A stretch of 64,000 nucleotides of DNA, taken from the IMG/VR virus record IMGVR_UViG_3300042549_004104, positions 1 to 64,000 of that record; one strand, given 5' to 3'. Both the position numbers and the translations under genes were made by a program. Positions 45,023 through 55,714 of this stretch are shown piece by piece. How positions within the stretch are numbered: the stretch's first letter is position 1; each line of letters opens with the position of its first letter. The DNA comes from a virus (Duplodnaviria > Heunggongvirae > Uroviricota > Caudoviricetes). The notes beneath the pieces are model-generated. The model was given only the letters and a program-made list of their open reading frames with translations. It was not told where the DNA came from and ran no database searches.

Positions 45023-46249
45023 TTAAAATGTTATACTGCCTGAAGCTGTATATTTATAAATTCTTTTTCCACCAAAAGCGATTACAAGTGGACTGCCTGT
45101 TGTACTAATTGCGGCTGGAAATGAATCTGCGTAGCTAATAATTACTACTCCAGAGCCTCCATTTCCTCCACCTTGTTGGCTTGTACCTGAGCCGCCGCCG
45201 GCTCCGGCACCACCTCCACCCCCACCAGTGTTGACCGTTCCGGCAACACCGGCTGTTGTTGTACCTCCAGCACCACCACCTCCTGTACCGCCTATACCGC
45301 TTGTAGCAGCACCATAACCAGTATTAATGCCTCCACCACCGCCACCAGCATAGTATGTTGCTGTTCCTGATATGGATGTTTCTAATCCATTTCCACCAGA
45401 ACCGGCAACAGAACCAGCAGCATTACCACCAACTTGACCAGCACCACCTCCCCCACCAGCGGGATAAGGTGTAGATGTTGTGCCAGTGCCGCCATTGTTA
45501 CCTTGACTAGGTGATGTAGATGGTGTGTTGCCTGAACCTGGACCATAGCCAGTACTATACGAACCGCCGCCACCTGAACCACCATTTTGACCTGCCAATC
45601 CGCTTGCAGTAAAGTTTCCGCCGCGGCCGCCGCCTGTAGAAGTTATTGAACCAAATACAGAATTTGATCCATTTGTATAAGCAGCATCTGCGCCTGCCGG
45701 TGCACCAGTTCCTCCACCTCCAACTGTTACTGTAATAGGAGAACCAGAGGATACTTCTAAACCAATTGCAGTTCTGTATCCGCCTGCGCCGCCACCCCCA
45801 CCCTGCCAGCTGCCACCACCACCGCCACCTGCTACTACTAGGTATTCTACAGTAAGTATAGCCGGTGTTACTGAGTTACTTGGACTGCTTGCAACACTGG
45901 TGCCTAATTCATTTGTTGCAGTAACAGTAAAGGTATACGGGGTACCGGTAGTTAGTCCAGTAACAGTAATTGGACTTGAACTACCTGTTGCAGTGATACT
46001 AGCCGGGCTTGAAGTTACTGTGTAGCTAGTAATAGTTAAACCGCCATTATTTGCAGGTGCAGTAAAAGTAAGTGATACGGCTGTTGCTGAAGATATTGTG
46101 GCAGTACCTATTGTTGGGGCACTTGGTGGACCGATCCAATTTCCAGAACTTTTAAGCAATTGTTGGTCAGCCGCAGTATATACACCACCGACAGATAAAT
46201 TAGCGGTTATTTGATTGCCTACTATGCCATAATTGCTTCTGTTTCTCAT
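45023..46249 (-). CDS. fibronectin III + glycine-rich domain virion protein
   Basis: PSAPTIG...ITSYTVT...VTGLTTGTPYTFTVTATN FN3; EYLVVAGGGGGG domain. Confidence 0.85.
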   Translation of the reverse strand: MRNRSNYGIVGNQITANLSVGGVYTAADQQLLKSSGNWIGPPSAPTIGTATISSATAVSLTFTAPANNGGLTITSYTVTSSPASITATGSSSPITVTGLTTGTPYTFTVTATNELGTSVASSPSNSVTPAILTVEYLVVAGGGGGGSWQGGGGGAGGYRTAIGLEVSSGSPITVTVGGGGTGAPAGADAAYTNGSNSVFGSITSTGGGRGGNFTASGLAGQNGGSGGGGSYSTGYGPGSGNTPSTSPSQGNNGGTGTTSTPYPAGGGGGAGQVGGNAAGSVAGSGGNGLETSISGTATYYAGGGGGGINTGYGAATSGIGGTGGGGAGGTTTAGVAGTVNTGGGGGGAGAGGGSGTSQQGGGNGGSGVVIISYADSFPAAISTTGSPLVIAFGGKRIYKYTASGSITF

Positions 46250-46251
46250 TT

Positions 46252-46611
46252 TTAACTTGCTATCAATTCATAACTTGCACTCATGCTTACGCTTGTGTTT
46301 GCACTTACGTTTGCTTGTAGTACATCACCCTCTTCTAAGTATAATGTTGTGTCTTTACCCAACAATACTAATGTTGAATTTGCTGGAATAGCAACTACTC
46401 CGCCTATATAATATGCAGTAGCACTACGATTTATCATTACATTAGCTGTTGTTGCACTTGCTGTATAATTTGACAAAACAATATCATTTAATTTAACAAC
46501 TGTATTACTACTTGAACTATTTGTAATTATATTTCCCGTAGCTGTAGTTAATTGCGATAATGCTGTTTTTCCTGTTACTGTTGCACTTGTTAATAAATTT
46601 GGTGCTGTCAT
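46252..46611 (-). CDS. small beta-rich virion protein (MxAPNL family)
   Basis: MTAPNL...TGKT...VIPANSTL...YLEEG; paralog of 56946-57317. Confidence 0.75.
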   Translation of the reverse strand: MTAPNLLTSATVTGKTALSQLTTATGNIITNSSSSNTVVKLNDIVLSNYTASATTANVMINRSATAYYIGGVVAIPANSTLVLLGKDTTLYLEEGDVLQANVSANTSVSMSASYELIAS

Positions 46612-46612
46612 T

Positions 46613-49600
46613 TTATCCTCCGAATATGATGCCCATAGTCATTGCTTGGGCTCTTGTTGTTCCTGTAGGGACAGTGACTGTTACTGCATTGCCTACATTT
46701 GTAGCTGTAATACCGCCACCTACAAAATCTATACTTGTTGCAGTAGTTGTTAAATTACTACCTTCTTCTTTAATTGTTAATGAACCACCAACGCTAACGT
46801 TTGCCCAACTTGCAGTTGCGCCGTCAGTTGTTAAATACTTACCACTATTACCACCTTGATATGGTAATGAAGAACCACCTGTACTCATACCACCATTCAA
46901 TGATAATTCACGTATCTGAATATCAACATTGCTTGCTGGAGGAGAAACAAATACTACATTACTACCAGATACACTATAATCTGTTGTTGGTCTTTGTATT
47001 ATTCCATTTTCTGCTACGATTAAACTGTTAGCTGTCAATCCACTTGTTATAGTAAATGTATTTTGTGCCCCGTTACCGGTGTATGCACGGTATACGGGAG
47101 AAGTTGTAGTAGCTATCGCTATTGCTAATTCTCGTACCTGTATCGCTACATTACTTGCCGGTGCTGTTGTAAAGGTTAATGTTGTATTACTAATTGTGTA
47201 ATCTGCGGTTGGTGCTTGTACGATTCCATTTTCTGTTACAATTACACTACTTACGGTAGATCCACTAGTTACTGTAAAGTTTGCTTGAGAACCTGTACCT
47301 GTATATGCTCTAGTTATAAAGGCTCCTGCACCACTAGTAGCACCCATTGTAGTAGTAACTTCAATTGAATATCCATTTGCCGGGGCTTCAGTGAACGTAA
47401 TATTTGCACCGGACAATGTATATGCATTTCGTAACTGGAATGAACCGTTATAGTTAATTACTGTTTGATTTATATTAGCAGGTGTTGTGCTTAATGCGAA
47501 TACAGTTTGTACTCCGTTACCTGTAAAGTTATCTACTGTGATAACCGCTGTAGGTTGTGCTATCCAAGTTAAATTACCTGAACCGTCAGTTGCTAATATT
47601 TGTGAAACGCCACCGCCACCAATATAAAGATTGCTTACATTGCTACCTAAATTAGCACCATTTAAATGTATTGCTTTGTCAACCGTTAATGTATTACTTG
47701 TTTTGTTAAATGCAAAGTTAGCACTTGCTCCAAAACTATTGCTATCATTAAACTGTACTTGTGTATTACTACCTGCAACAGATGCTCCACCACCTGATTG
47801 TGCTGACCAACTTAAATTACCCGAACCATCAGTAATAATTACATAATTTGCTGAGCCGCCCGTAATATGTAAATTACTTATATTTCCAAGAGTTACATTA
47901 GCTGATGTTGTAAAATCTACAACACCAGTAGAATTACTTACTACAAGTCCTGTTAAATTTCCTATGCTTGTTATGTTTGGTTGTGCGTTAGTTGTAACTG
48001 TTCCGGCAGTTGTGGCTGCTACACCAGTTAATTGACTACCATCACCAATGAAATAATTAGCAGTGACTGTATTACCAAGAGTAGCATTACCACTTGTAAT
48101 ATTACCGGTAACTATTAAACTTGATAGTGTACCTACTGAGGTGATATTTGGTTGACTTGCTGTTGTTAATGTACCAGTAAAGTAATCAGCGGTAACTAAA
48201 TTACTGAAAACAGCATTACCGGCACGAACATTACCAAATGTATTAAATGTAACTACTTCACTAGAGACTGCTACATTACTACCAAATGCGAATTCAGCAT
48301 TTGAATTATCCCAACCCATGAATGCATCTACCGGGGCTGAACCTGTATAGTAATGTAGAATTTCACCACGGTCTTTACCATCGTTAGTTGTTAATGGATC
48401 ACCATTTGCACCTCCACCTAATTCAATGATTGGATCTTTAATTTTTAAAGAATCTACGTTGACATAAGTTAAGTTACCATTTACAATTAAGTTACCTGAT
48501 ACTATAGCATTTCCACCAACATTTAAATCAGTTAATGTACCTAAACTTGTAATATTTGGTTGTGCATTTGTGTATACAGTGCTAGCAATTAATGCATTTG
48601 ATACTTGTCCACTTACATTAGCGCCGGCTACTGAATTAGCAATGTTTGCATAATGACTTTGTACTGCACTTGTAACATTTCCAGTGACGTTAGCACCAGT
48701 TACCGAGTTTGCTACGTTTGCCCAATTACTTGTTATAGCCCACGATACATTACCACTTACGTTAGCACCAACCAATGATGATAATGCACTACCATTGCCG
48801 CTGACGTTTGTAAAAACTCCACTAGTGGCACCGATATTACCCAGGGTAGCGTTACCGGAAACATTTAATGTACCTGTAACTGATAATGTATGTGTTGGTG
48901 CCCCGTTAGCAATGCCCACATTTCCGTTTGTATCTATATTTACCCTATTACTTCCACCGGTTTGTAGAATTAAAGGAACATAACTACCTGAGCCAGTAAT
49001 ACTTGATTGTATATAACCTGCTTCGGCCAATGCAAGTATTCTTATGCGTGATGTATTTGTTGGATCACTACCATAATATGCAGTCCATGCTGAACTGTTA
49101 GTTGCGCCCGGTCCTATTGCTCCAATATCTGTAAATGTTCCGCCGCTAGATTGAAATAATGTGCGACTACTAACAGTTGTATTGCTAAAATCACCTAAAA
49201 TACGCTGACCGGTAGTATTAAAAGTTAAATTACCACTAGTACTTACTGAAGTCAATATACCAGTACTAGTTATATTAGGCTGTGCGTTAGTATATACTGT
49301 TCCAGCAATTAATGCATTTGATACTTGACCACTTACATTAGCGCCAGTAACTGAATTAGCAATGTTTGCATAATGACTTCGTACTGCACTTGTCACATTA
49401 CCACTAACATTACTACCAGTAATACTAGTTAATAATGATCCATTACCACTGAAATAATTTGCAATGATATAATTTGCGTCACTAATGTTGCCGCCACTAC
49501 CACTAGTTACAAGATTACCTGCTATTAAATTACCAGATATATTTGCATTACCTGCTGTAAAATTACCAGTATATGTTGGTAGATATGCGGCTACATTTGT

Positions 49601-52549
49601 ATTGCTATAACTTGCAGGTAGTCCAGTTAGTTGACTACCATTACCAATAAAATAGTTAGCAGAAACGTTACCTGATATATTAGCATTACCTGCTGTAAAA
49701 TTACCAGTATATGTTGGTAGATATGCGGCTACATTTGTATTACTATAACTTGTTGGTAAACCAGTTAATAAACTACCATTACCTATATAAAAGTTTGCAT
49801 TTATATAATCAGCACCAGTAATGTTTCCTGCAGAACCAGTTGTAGTAATACTAGCAACAGACATCGCTCCAGATATATTTGCATTACCCGCTGTTAAATT
49901 ACCAGTATATGTTGGTAAGTAATTTGCTACATTTGCGTTACTATATGTTCCACTAAAATTCCATGAGGTGCCATTAGCATAATATATTCCATCTGTTAAT
50001 AAATTACCTAATGATCCGTTTCCAGTTACAGTTAAACTACTTAAATTACCAACGCTTGTAATATTAGGTTGTGCATTAGTTGTTACGGTGCCAGCTGTGT
50101 TTGCACTTGTTGCATTTGGTACATATCCTGTTACGTTGGCACCAGTAATGCTTGTAAGTAAGCTACCATTACCACTGAAATAATTACTTGTTGTTAAATT
50201 GCCTAAACTAGCATTAACTGCTGTAATGTTACCAGTTGAGGTGAATGAACCTGTTCTGAATGGTGCATATACTCCATTAGCAAAATCAATAGTTGTGGTT
50301 GGTTCTGCAACTACTTGGTCAAATAGTTTATATGTTCCATCACTTGCATCTCTTGCTAATCCGGTGTGATAAGATGTACCATCATCATAACTAGCAACAA
50401 ATCCCAAATCATACAAATTAGCTACATTGTTTGCACCTAAGAAAATTAACGGGTCACCTACGACCAAATCAGTTACGTTTGCATAATTTAAATTACCAGT
50501 AGCATTGATATTACCGGTAATATTTACGTTACCGGTTATTGTTAATCCATTTAATGTACCAACACTAGTAATATTTGGTTGAGCATTAGTTGTTACAGTA
50601 CCTGTTGTATTTGCCGCAGTTGCTAATGGAACATATCCAGTTACATTAGCGCCAGTTAAACTTGTTAGTAAACTACCATTACCACTGAAGTAGTTTGCAA
50701 CGATATAGTTTGCACCACTAATATTACCACTACCTGAACCTGTAGAAATATTTCCAGTAAGTACTACATTATTACCTGTATAGTTACCTGTATATGTAGG
50801 TAAGTATGCGGCTACATTTGTGTTACTATAACTCGCTGGCAATCCAGTTAGTTGGCTACCATTACCTATAAAATAATTAGCAGATACGTTACCTGTGTAT
50901 GTTGGGAGATATGCGGCTACATTTGTGTTTGAATAAGTGCCACCTAAACTCCATGCTGTACCATTTGCATATAACAAATTATCAGTTAATACGTTGCCGG
51001 CGCTTACATTGCTAGTTACTGATAAACTACTTAGTGTACCAACACTAGTGATATTTGGTTGAGCATTTGTTGTTACTGTACCTGCAGTTGTTGCACTATT
51101 TGCAACGTTTGCATTTGGAACATATCCAGTTACATTACTACCGGTGATACTTGTTAGTGTTGCACCATTGCCACTAAAATAATTAGCAATTACATAGTTT
51201 GCACCACTAATATTACCGGTTCCTGAACCTGTAGTAATTGTATTTGCTATTAATGAGCCTGTTATATTAGCATTACCTGTTGTTAAATTACCTGTTACAG
51301 ATAATGAACTTAGTGTACCGACACTAGTAATATTAGGTTGTGCGTTTGTAGTTACAGTACCTGCTGTATTTGCGGCTGTAGCTAAAGGCACGTAACCAGT
51401 TACGTTAGCACCAGTTAAACTTGTTAAATATGAACCATTACCACTAAAATAATTAGCAATAACAAAATTGGCACCGGATAAATTTCCACCAGAACCAGTG
51501 GTAGACACATTACCTGCTATTAAATTTCCAGATATATTTGCATTACCTGCAGTAAAATTACCAGTATATGTTGGTAGATACGCGGCTACGTTTGTATTAC
51601 TATAGCCTCCACCCAAATTCCATGCTGTTCCATTTGCATACAACAAATTGTTTGTTAGAATATTTCCAGCACTTACATTACTTGTTACAGTTAAGCTACT
51701 TAATGTACCTACACTAGTGATATTGGGTTGTGCATTTGTTGTTACTGTACCAGCTGTATTTGCGTTTGTTGCGTTTGGTACATAACCGGTTACGTTAGCG
51801 CCGGCTACACTATTAGCGATATTAGCATAATGACTTTGTATTGCATTATTGACGTTACCTGATACATTAGCACCAGTTAAACTTGTTAAATATGAACCGT
51901 TACCACTAAAATAATTAGCAATAACAAAATTAGCACCGGATAAATTTCCACCAGAACCACCAGTAGACACATTACCTGCAATTAAATTACCTATTATGTT
52001 TGCATTACCAGCTGTTAAATTGCCTGTAATTGTTACACTACTTAAATTACCCACACTAGTAATATTAGGTTGTGCATTTGTTGTTACTGCACCGGCTGTA
52101 TTTGCATTTGTTGCGTTTGGTACATAACCGGTTACATTAGCGCCGGCTACTGAATTAGCAATGTTTGCATAGTGACTTTGTACTGCAAAAGACACATTAC
52201 CACTTACATTGTCACCGGTTACTGAGTTTGCTATATTTGCATAATGACTTTGTATTGCGATAGTGACATTGCCACTTACGTTACTACCTGTTATGTTTGT
52301 TAGAGTTGAGCCATTACCAATAAAATAGTTTGCAGAGACATTACCGGTATAAGTCGGGAGATATGCCGCTACATTTGTGTTTGAATAACTACTTCCACCA
52401 AAACTCCATGCTGTACCATTTGCATATAACAAATTATCTGTTTTAATATTTCCAGCTACAACATTAGAGGTAACAGATGTACTAGCAAAAGTAAAAGTTG
52501 CTGAGTTATTTAAGTTAAACGGTTCTAATGTAGTGATTGTTAATGGCAT
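46613..52549 (-). CDS. long repeat-rich tail fibre-like protein
   Basis: 1978 aa, N/G/T/S-rich; about 10 QPNITS.G repeats, 7 YSNxNVAxYLPTYTGN repeats, 3 C-terminal (Y/F)TGxGxQ..F repeats. Confidence 0.85.
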   Translation of the reverse strand: MPLTITTLEPFNLNNSATFTFASTSVTSNVVAGNIKTDNLLYANGTAWSFGGSSYSNTNVAAYLPTYTGNVSANYFIGNGSTLTNITGSNVSGNVTIAIQSHYANIANSVTGDNVSGNVSFAVQSHYANIANSVAGANVTGYVPNATNANTAGAVTTNAQPNITSVGNLSSVTITGNLTAGNANIIGNLIAGNVSTGGSGGNLSGANFVIANYFSGNGSYLTSLTGANVSGNVNNAIQSHYANIANSVAGANVTGYVPNATNANTAGTVTTNAQPNITSVGTLSSLTVTSNVSAGNILTNNLLYANGTAWNLGGGYSNTNVAAYLPTYTGNFTAGNANISGNLIAGNVSTTGSGGNLSGANFVIANYFSGNGSYLTSLTGANVTGYVPLATAANTAGTVTTNAQPNITSVGTLSSLSVTGNLTTGNANITGSLIANTITTGSGTGNISGANYVIANYFSGNGATLTSITGSNVTGYVPNANVANSATTAGTVTTNAQPNITSVGTLSSLSVTSNVSAGNVLTDNLLYANGTAWSLGGTYSNTNVAAYLPTYTGNVSANYFIGNGSQLTGLPASYSNTNVAAYLPTYTGNYTGNNVVLTGNISTGSGSGNISGANYIVANYFSGNGSLLTSLTGANVTGYVPLATAANTTGTVTTNAQPNITSVGTLNGLTITGNVNITGNINATGNLNYANVTDLVVGDPLIFLGANNVANLYDLGFVASYDDGTSYHTGLARDASDGTYKLFDQVVAEPTTTIDFANGVYAPFRTGSFTSTGNITAVNASLGNLTTSNYFSGNGSLLTSITGANVTGYVPNATSANTAGTVTTNAQPNITSVGNLSSLTVTGNGSLGNLLTDGIYYANGTSWNFSGTYSNANVANYLPTYTGNLTAGNANISGAMSVASITTTGSAGNITGADYINANFYIGNGSLLTGLPTSYSNTNVAAYLPTYTGNFTAGNANISGNVSANYFIGNGSQLTGLPASYSNTNVAAYLPTYTGNFTAGNANISGNLIAGNLVTSGSGGNISDANYIIANYFSGNGSLLTSITGSNVSGNVTSAVRSHYANIANSVTGANVSGQVSNALIAGTVYTNAQPNITSTGILTSVSTSGNLTFNTTGQRILGDFSNTTVSSRTLFQSSGGTFTDIGAIGPGATNSSAWTAYYGSDPTNTSRIRILALAEAGYIQSSITGSGSYVPLILQTGGSNRVNIDTNGNVGIANGAPTHTLSVTGTLNVSGNATLGNIGATSGVFTNVSGNGSALSSLVGANVSGNVSWAITSNWANVANSVTGANVTGNVTSAVQSHYANIANSVAGANVSGQVSNALIASTVYTNAQPNITSLGTLTDLNVGGNAIVSGNLIVNGNLTYVNVDSLKIKDPIIELGGGANGDPLTTNDGKDRGEILHYYTGSAPVDAFMGWDNSNAEFAFGSNVAVSSEVVTFNTFGNVRAGNAVFSNLVTADYFTGTLTTASQPNITSVGTLSSLIVTGNITSGNATLGNTVTANYFIGDGSQLTGVAATTAGTVTTNAQPNITSIGNLTGLVVSNSTGVVDFTTSANVTLGNISNLHITGGSANYVIITDGSGNLSWSAQSGGGASVAGSNTQVQFNDSNSFGASANFAFNKTSNTLTVDKAIHLNGANLGSNVSNLYIGGGGVSQILATDGSGNLTWIAQPTAVITVDNFTGNGVQTVFALSTTPANINQTVINYNGSFQLRNAYTLSGANITFTEAPANGYSIEVTTTMGATSGAGAFITRAYTGTGSQANFTVTSGSTVSSVIVTENGIVQAPTADYTISNTTLTFTTAPASNVAIQVRELAIAIATTTSPVYRAYTGNGAQNTFTITSGLTANSLIVAENGIIQRPTTDYSVSGSNVVFVSPPASNVDIQIRELSLNGGMSTGGSSLPYQGGNSGKYLTTDGATASWANVSVGGSLTIKEEGSNLTTTATSIDFVGGGITATNVGNAVTVTVPTGTTRAQAMTMGIIFGG

Positions 52550-52584
52550 AATATTTTTTTTCTCAACATGTATTTAGCTAAAAT

Positions 52585-53499
52585 TTAGAATGTAATTGAA
52601 CCCGAACTAGTGAACTTATAAACTCTATATCCACCACTTACTGTATATGTTGGACTACCTGTTGTACTTGTTGCAGCCAAATATGAGTCTGGATAGCGAA
52701 TCGCTATAATACCTGAACCTCCGGCACCTCCGCCGCCGGAGTCTCCGCCACCACCGCCAGCACCACCGGTGTTTATAGTACCACTACCGCCACCAAAGGC
52801 ATGATAGCCGCCGCTTCCTGCATTTGTTCCACCGGTACCAACCGTTCCATTTTCTGAGCCACCACCGCCTCCAGATCCGTATACTATTGCTGACCCAGAT
52901 ATGCTATTAGATATGCCTTGCCCGCCATTACCAGCTGTGCCACTACCACCGCTTACACTAGTAGCATTACTGCCAACTGCTCCGGCACCACCACCGCCTC
53001 CGCCATTATAAGTACTGGTCCCCGAACCAGCGCCGCCGTCATATCCCTGTCTTGCTTGACTTAAATAGGTAGATCCTGGGTAAACACCTTGGCCAGGAAG
53101 ATGTCCAGCTAATGATTGAGTACTACCTCCACCACCTGAACCACCATTTTTACCCTGAGTTGTATAAGTTCCACCTCCACCACCGCCAATTGCAGTCACG
53201 GTAGTAAAACCAGATCCACTGATACTAGAGTTTCCTCCATTGGTGCCCGCGCCGGCACGAGGTACACCACCGGCACCGCTAGCGCCTATCGTAATTGTAT
53301 ACGATACACTAGCAGTGACACTAGCTGTATCAGTTAAATATCCTCCACCACCGCCGGCGCCGCCACCATGCCATCCAGCGCCGCCACCACCGCCACCTGC
53401 TACTACTAAGTATTCTACAGATGAAGGAGCTGTAGGAAGTTCAGGATTTAATGTAATCCCTAAGCCTATTGATATTCCTAATCCTATTTCTAATGCCAT
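52585..53499 (-). CDS. glycine-rich domain virion protein
   Basis: EYLVVAGGGGGG...YKFTSSGSITF. Confidence 0.8.
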   Translation of the reverse strand: MALEIGLGISIGLGITLNPELPTAPSSVEYLVVAGGGGGGAGWHGGGAGGGGGYLTDTASVTASVSYTITIGASGAGGVPRAGAGTNGGNSSISGSGFTTVTAIGGGGGGTYTTQGKNGGSGGGGSTQSLAGHLPGQGVYPGSTYLSQARQGYDGGAGSGTSTYNGGGGGGAGAVGSNATSVSGGSGTAGNGGQGISNSISGSAIVYGSGGGGGSENGTVGTGGTNAGSGGYHAFGGGSGTINTGGAGGGGGDSGGGGAGGSGIIAIRYPDSYLAATSTTGSPTYTVSGGYRVYKFTSSGSITF

Positions 53500-53509
53500 A
53501 TTGTTTCTC

Positions 53510-54376
53510 TTAGAATGTTATTGAACCTGAACTATTGAACGTATAAACTTTATATGATCCATCAGTGGTTATTGTCGGTGAACCTGTCGTTGCTGATACT
53601 GTAGTACTTGATAAAAATCTTAATATAACTACTCCTGAACCACCTGCTCGTCCACCTGCCCTATATCCTCCGCCGCCGCCACCTGTATTAGCTGTTCCAT
53701 TTTCTCCGCCACCGGATGTGCCACCTGCGCCCCCACCACCTAAACCACCTAAACCACCTGCACCACTGAAACTTCCACCGCCACCGCCGCCGGCGTAATA
53801 AGTAGATGTGCCTGAGATACTAGATGATAAACCATCACCGCCTTTACCTCCGGGTACACCCGCATTACCGCCTACTTGACCAGCACCTCCGCCTCCGCCT
53901 CCATTATAAGGTGATGAAAGTGTGGCTGCGCCACCATTATTTCCTTGACTAGGTGATGTGCTGGGAGTATTACCACTACCGGGACTAACAAGTGCAGTTT
54001 CACTAGTATCAACACATCCACCTCCACCAGATCCTCCATTTGCACCGGCAACATTTTTACCGCCACCACCGCCACCACCGGTTGAAGTAATAGTTGAGAA
54101 TGTAGAATCATTACCACTTATACCGCCGTTAGTAGGAGATCCACTAGTGTTGACCGAGCCGCCGCCCCCTACAGTTACTGTTATTGGGGAGCCGGTGGAT
54201 ACTATAAATCCACTTGCAGTTCTATAACCGCCTGCACCACCACCACCGCCACCATAGCCTACTGCATACCCACCGCCGCCGCCACCTGCTACTACTAAGT
54301 ATTCTACTGATGGGGGAGGAGGAGGTACACTAACTGATATTCCGCCGCCGATTGTGATTCCTGATCCTATTTGCAT
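53510..54376 (-). CDS. glycine-rich domain virion protein
   Basis: MQIGSGITIGGGI...EYLVVAGGGGGG...SGSITF. Confidence 0.8.
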   Translation of the reverse strand: MQIGSGITIGGGISVSVPPPPPSVEYLVVAGGGGGGYAVGYGGGGGGAGGYRTASGFIVSTGSPITVTVGGGGSVNTSGSPTNGGISGNDSTFSTITSTGGGGGGGKNVAGANGGSGGGGCVDTSETALVSPGSGNTPSTSPSQGNNGGAATLSSPYNGGGGGGAGQVGGNAGVPGGKGGDGLSSSISGTSTYYAGGGGGGSFSGAGGLGGLGGGGAGGTSGGGENGTANTGGGGGGYRAGGRAGGSGVVILRFLSSTTVSATTGSPTITTDGSYKVYTFNSSGSITF

Positions 54377-54401
54377 AATGTTATCTCAATGATATCCATA
54401 C

Positions 54402-54758
54402 TTATTCTGTAATAACTTCTACCCAACTTGTAGTATCTTCATCCCATGAATAACGCTTATCATCTGTGGGCATTGCAACTGGTGAATTCCATAGACATGT
54501 AGTTTCATTCAATACCCAACTATTATAGGGTTTTGGTGGTATGAAAGCATCACGAATTGAATCGTATGTGTATCCTATACCAGCATAATTCTTTCTTAAT
54601 GGTGTGTCACCTAAAGTGTGTACTCCACCATGTGTGTTGTAACTAGTTTGTACAAAAGAACTTGGTTCTCCAAATAAACCAGTGTCAACTACGTCTTGTT
54701 CTATTACTAGAACTTGTGTTACGATATTATTACTATCGATTTGTGCAAAATGTGCCAT
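54402..54758 (-). CDS. tail-associated small protein (MAHFAQ family)
   Basis: MAHFAQ...QTSYN...RKNYAGIGYTYD...DAFIPPKPY; AGGAG RBS. Confidence 0.8.
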   Translation of the reverse strand: MAHFAQIDSNNIVTQVLVIEQDVVDTGLFGEPSSFVQTSYNTHGGVHTLGDTPLRKNYAGIGYTYDSIRDAFIPPKPYNSWVLNETTCLWNSPVAMPTDDKRYSWDEDTTSWVEVITE

Positions 54759-54779
54759 TTTATATCTCCTTATTAAATG

Positions 54780-55697
54780 TTAAAATGTTATACTACCTGA
54801 ACTGGTGAATTTGTATACTCTGTATCCACCTGCTGTTGTTATTGTTGGGCTACCTGTTGTTGCTACTGCGGCAGCATAACTATCTGCGTACCGAAGAATT
54901 ACAATACCTGAACCACCGGCGCCTCCATTATTATAATTTCCGCCACCACCACCACCGCCTGTATTTACAGTACCTGCAGTTCCTGTAGCCGGGTAGGTTC
55001 CTGCTCCTGCACCACCTCCACCATTGCCCCCTGTTCCTGCACCGGTTTCACCTGCACCACCTCCACCACCTGCGTAATACGTAGATGTTCCTGACATAGA
55101 TGAAGATATACCAACACCTCCGCCACCACCAGTTTTTGCGGATGGTCCATTACTACCGATTGCACCTGCACCACCACCACCGCCGCCAGAATCTCCACCA
55201 CCATCACTAGTAGATGTACCACCATCATACCCTTGTCTTGGTGCATCTATATAAGACGATCCTGGATAGATACCTTTACCTCCCAAACCACTGCTTCGCT
55301 GGGCGCCACCACCACCAGATCCACCATTGCCGCCTGGGCTACTATAAGAAGTAGTACTATCAGCACTTGATCCGGCCCCACCGCCATATGCAGTAACTAA
55401 ACCAAAAACAGAATTAGAACCTTGAGTAGCTGCCGATGGATTACTTAATCCAATATAATTAGCAGTTGAACCATTGCCGCCGGCGCCAACAGTAACTGTT
55501 ATAGTGGTACTTAATAATGTTAAAAAATTTGTTGTGGTAAGCAGTCCACCAGCACCTCCGCCGGCACCTCCGGCGCCGGCTCTACCACCGCCGCCACCGC
55601 CTGCAACTACTAAGTAGTCTATAGGGATAGTCGCGGGTGCACCGGAACTTGAATAAGTTAATCCGGGGCCAAATGTGATGCCTGGACCTATTTCCAT
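54780..55697 (-). CDS. glycine-rich domain virion protein
   Basis: MEIGPGITFGPG...DYLVVAGGGGGG...SGSITF. Confidence 0.8.
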   Translation of the reverse strand: MEIGPGITFGPGLTYSSSGAPATIPIDYLVVAGGGGGGRAGAGGAGGGAGGLLTTTNFLTLLSTTITVTVGAGGNGSTANYIGLSNPSAATQGSNSVFGLVTAYGGGAGSSADSTTSYSSPGGNGGSGGGGAQRSSGLGGKGIYPGSSYIDAPRQGYDGGTSTSDGGGDSGGGGGGAGAIGSNGPSAKTGGGGGVGISSSMSGTSTYYAGGGGGAGETGAGTGGNGGGGAGAGTYPATGTAGTVNTGGGGGGGNYNNGGAGGSGIVILRYADSYAAAVATTGSPTITTAGGYRVYKFTSSGSITF

Positions 55698-55714
55698 TTA
55701 TTTTTCCTTAATTA

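Noticed and set aside
46613-52549. CRISPR array or non-coding tandem repeat
   Set aside because: Repeats are in-frame, irregularly spaced and inside one long ORF; no cas genes.
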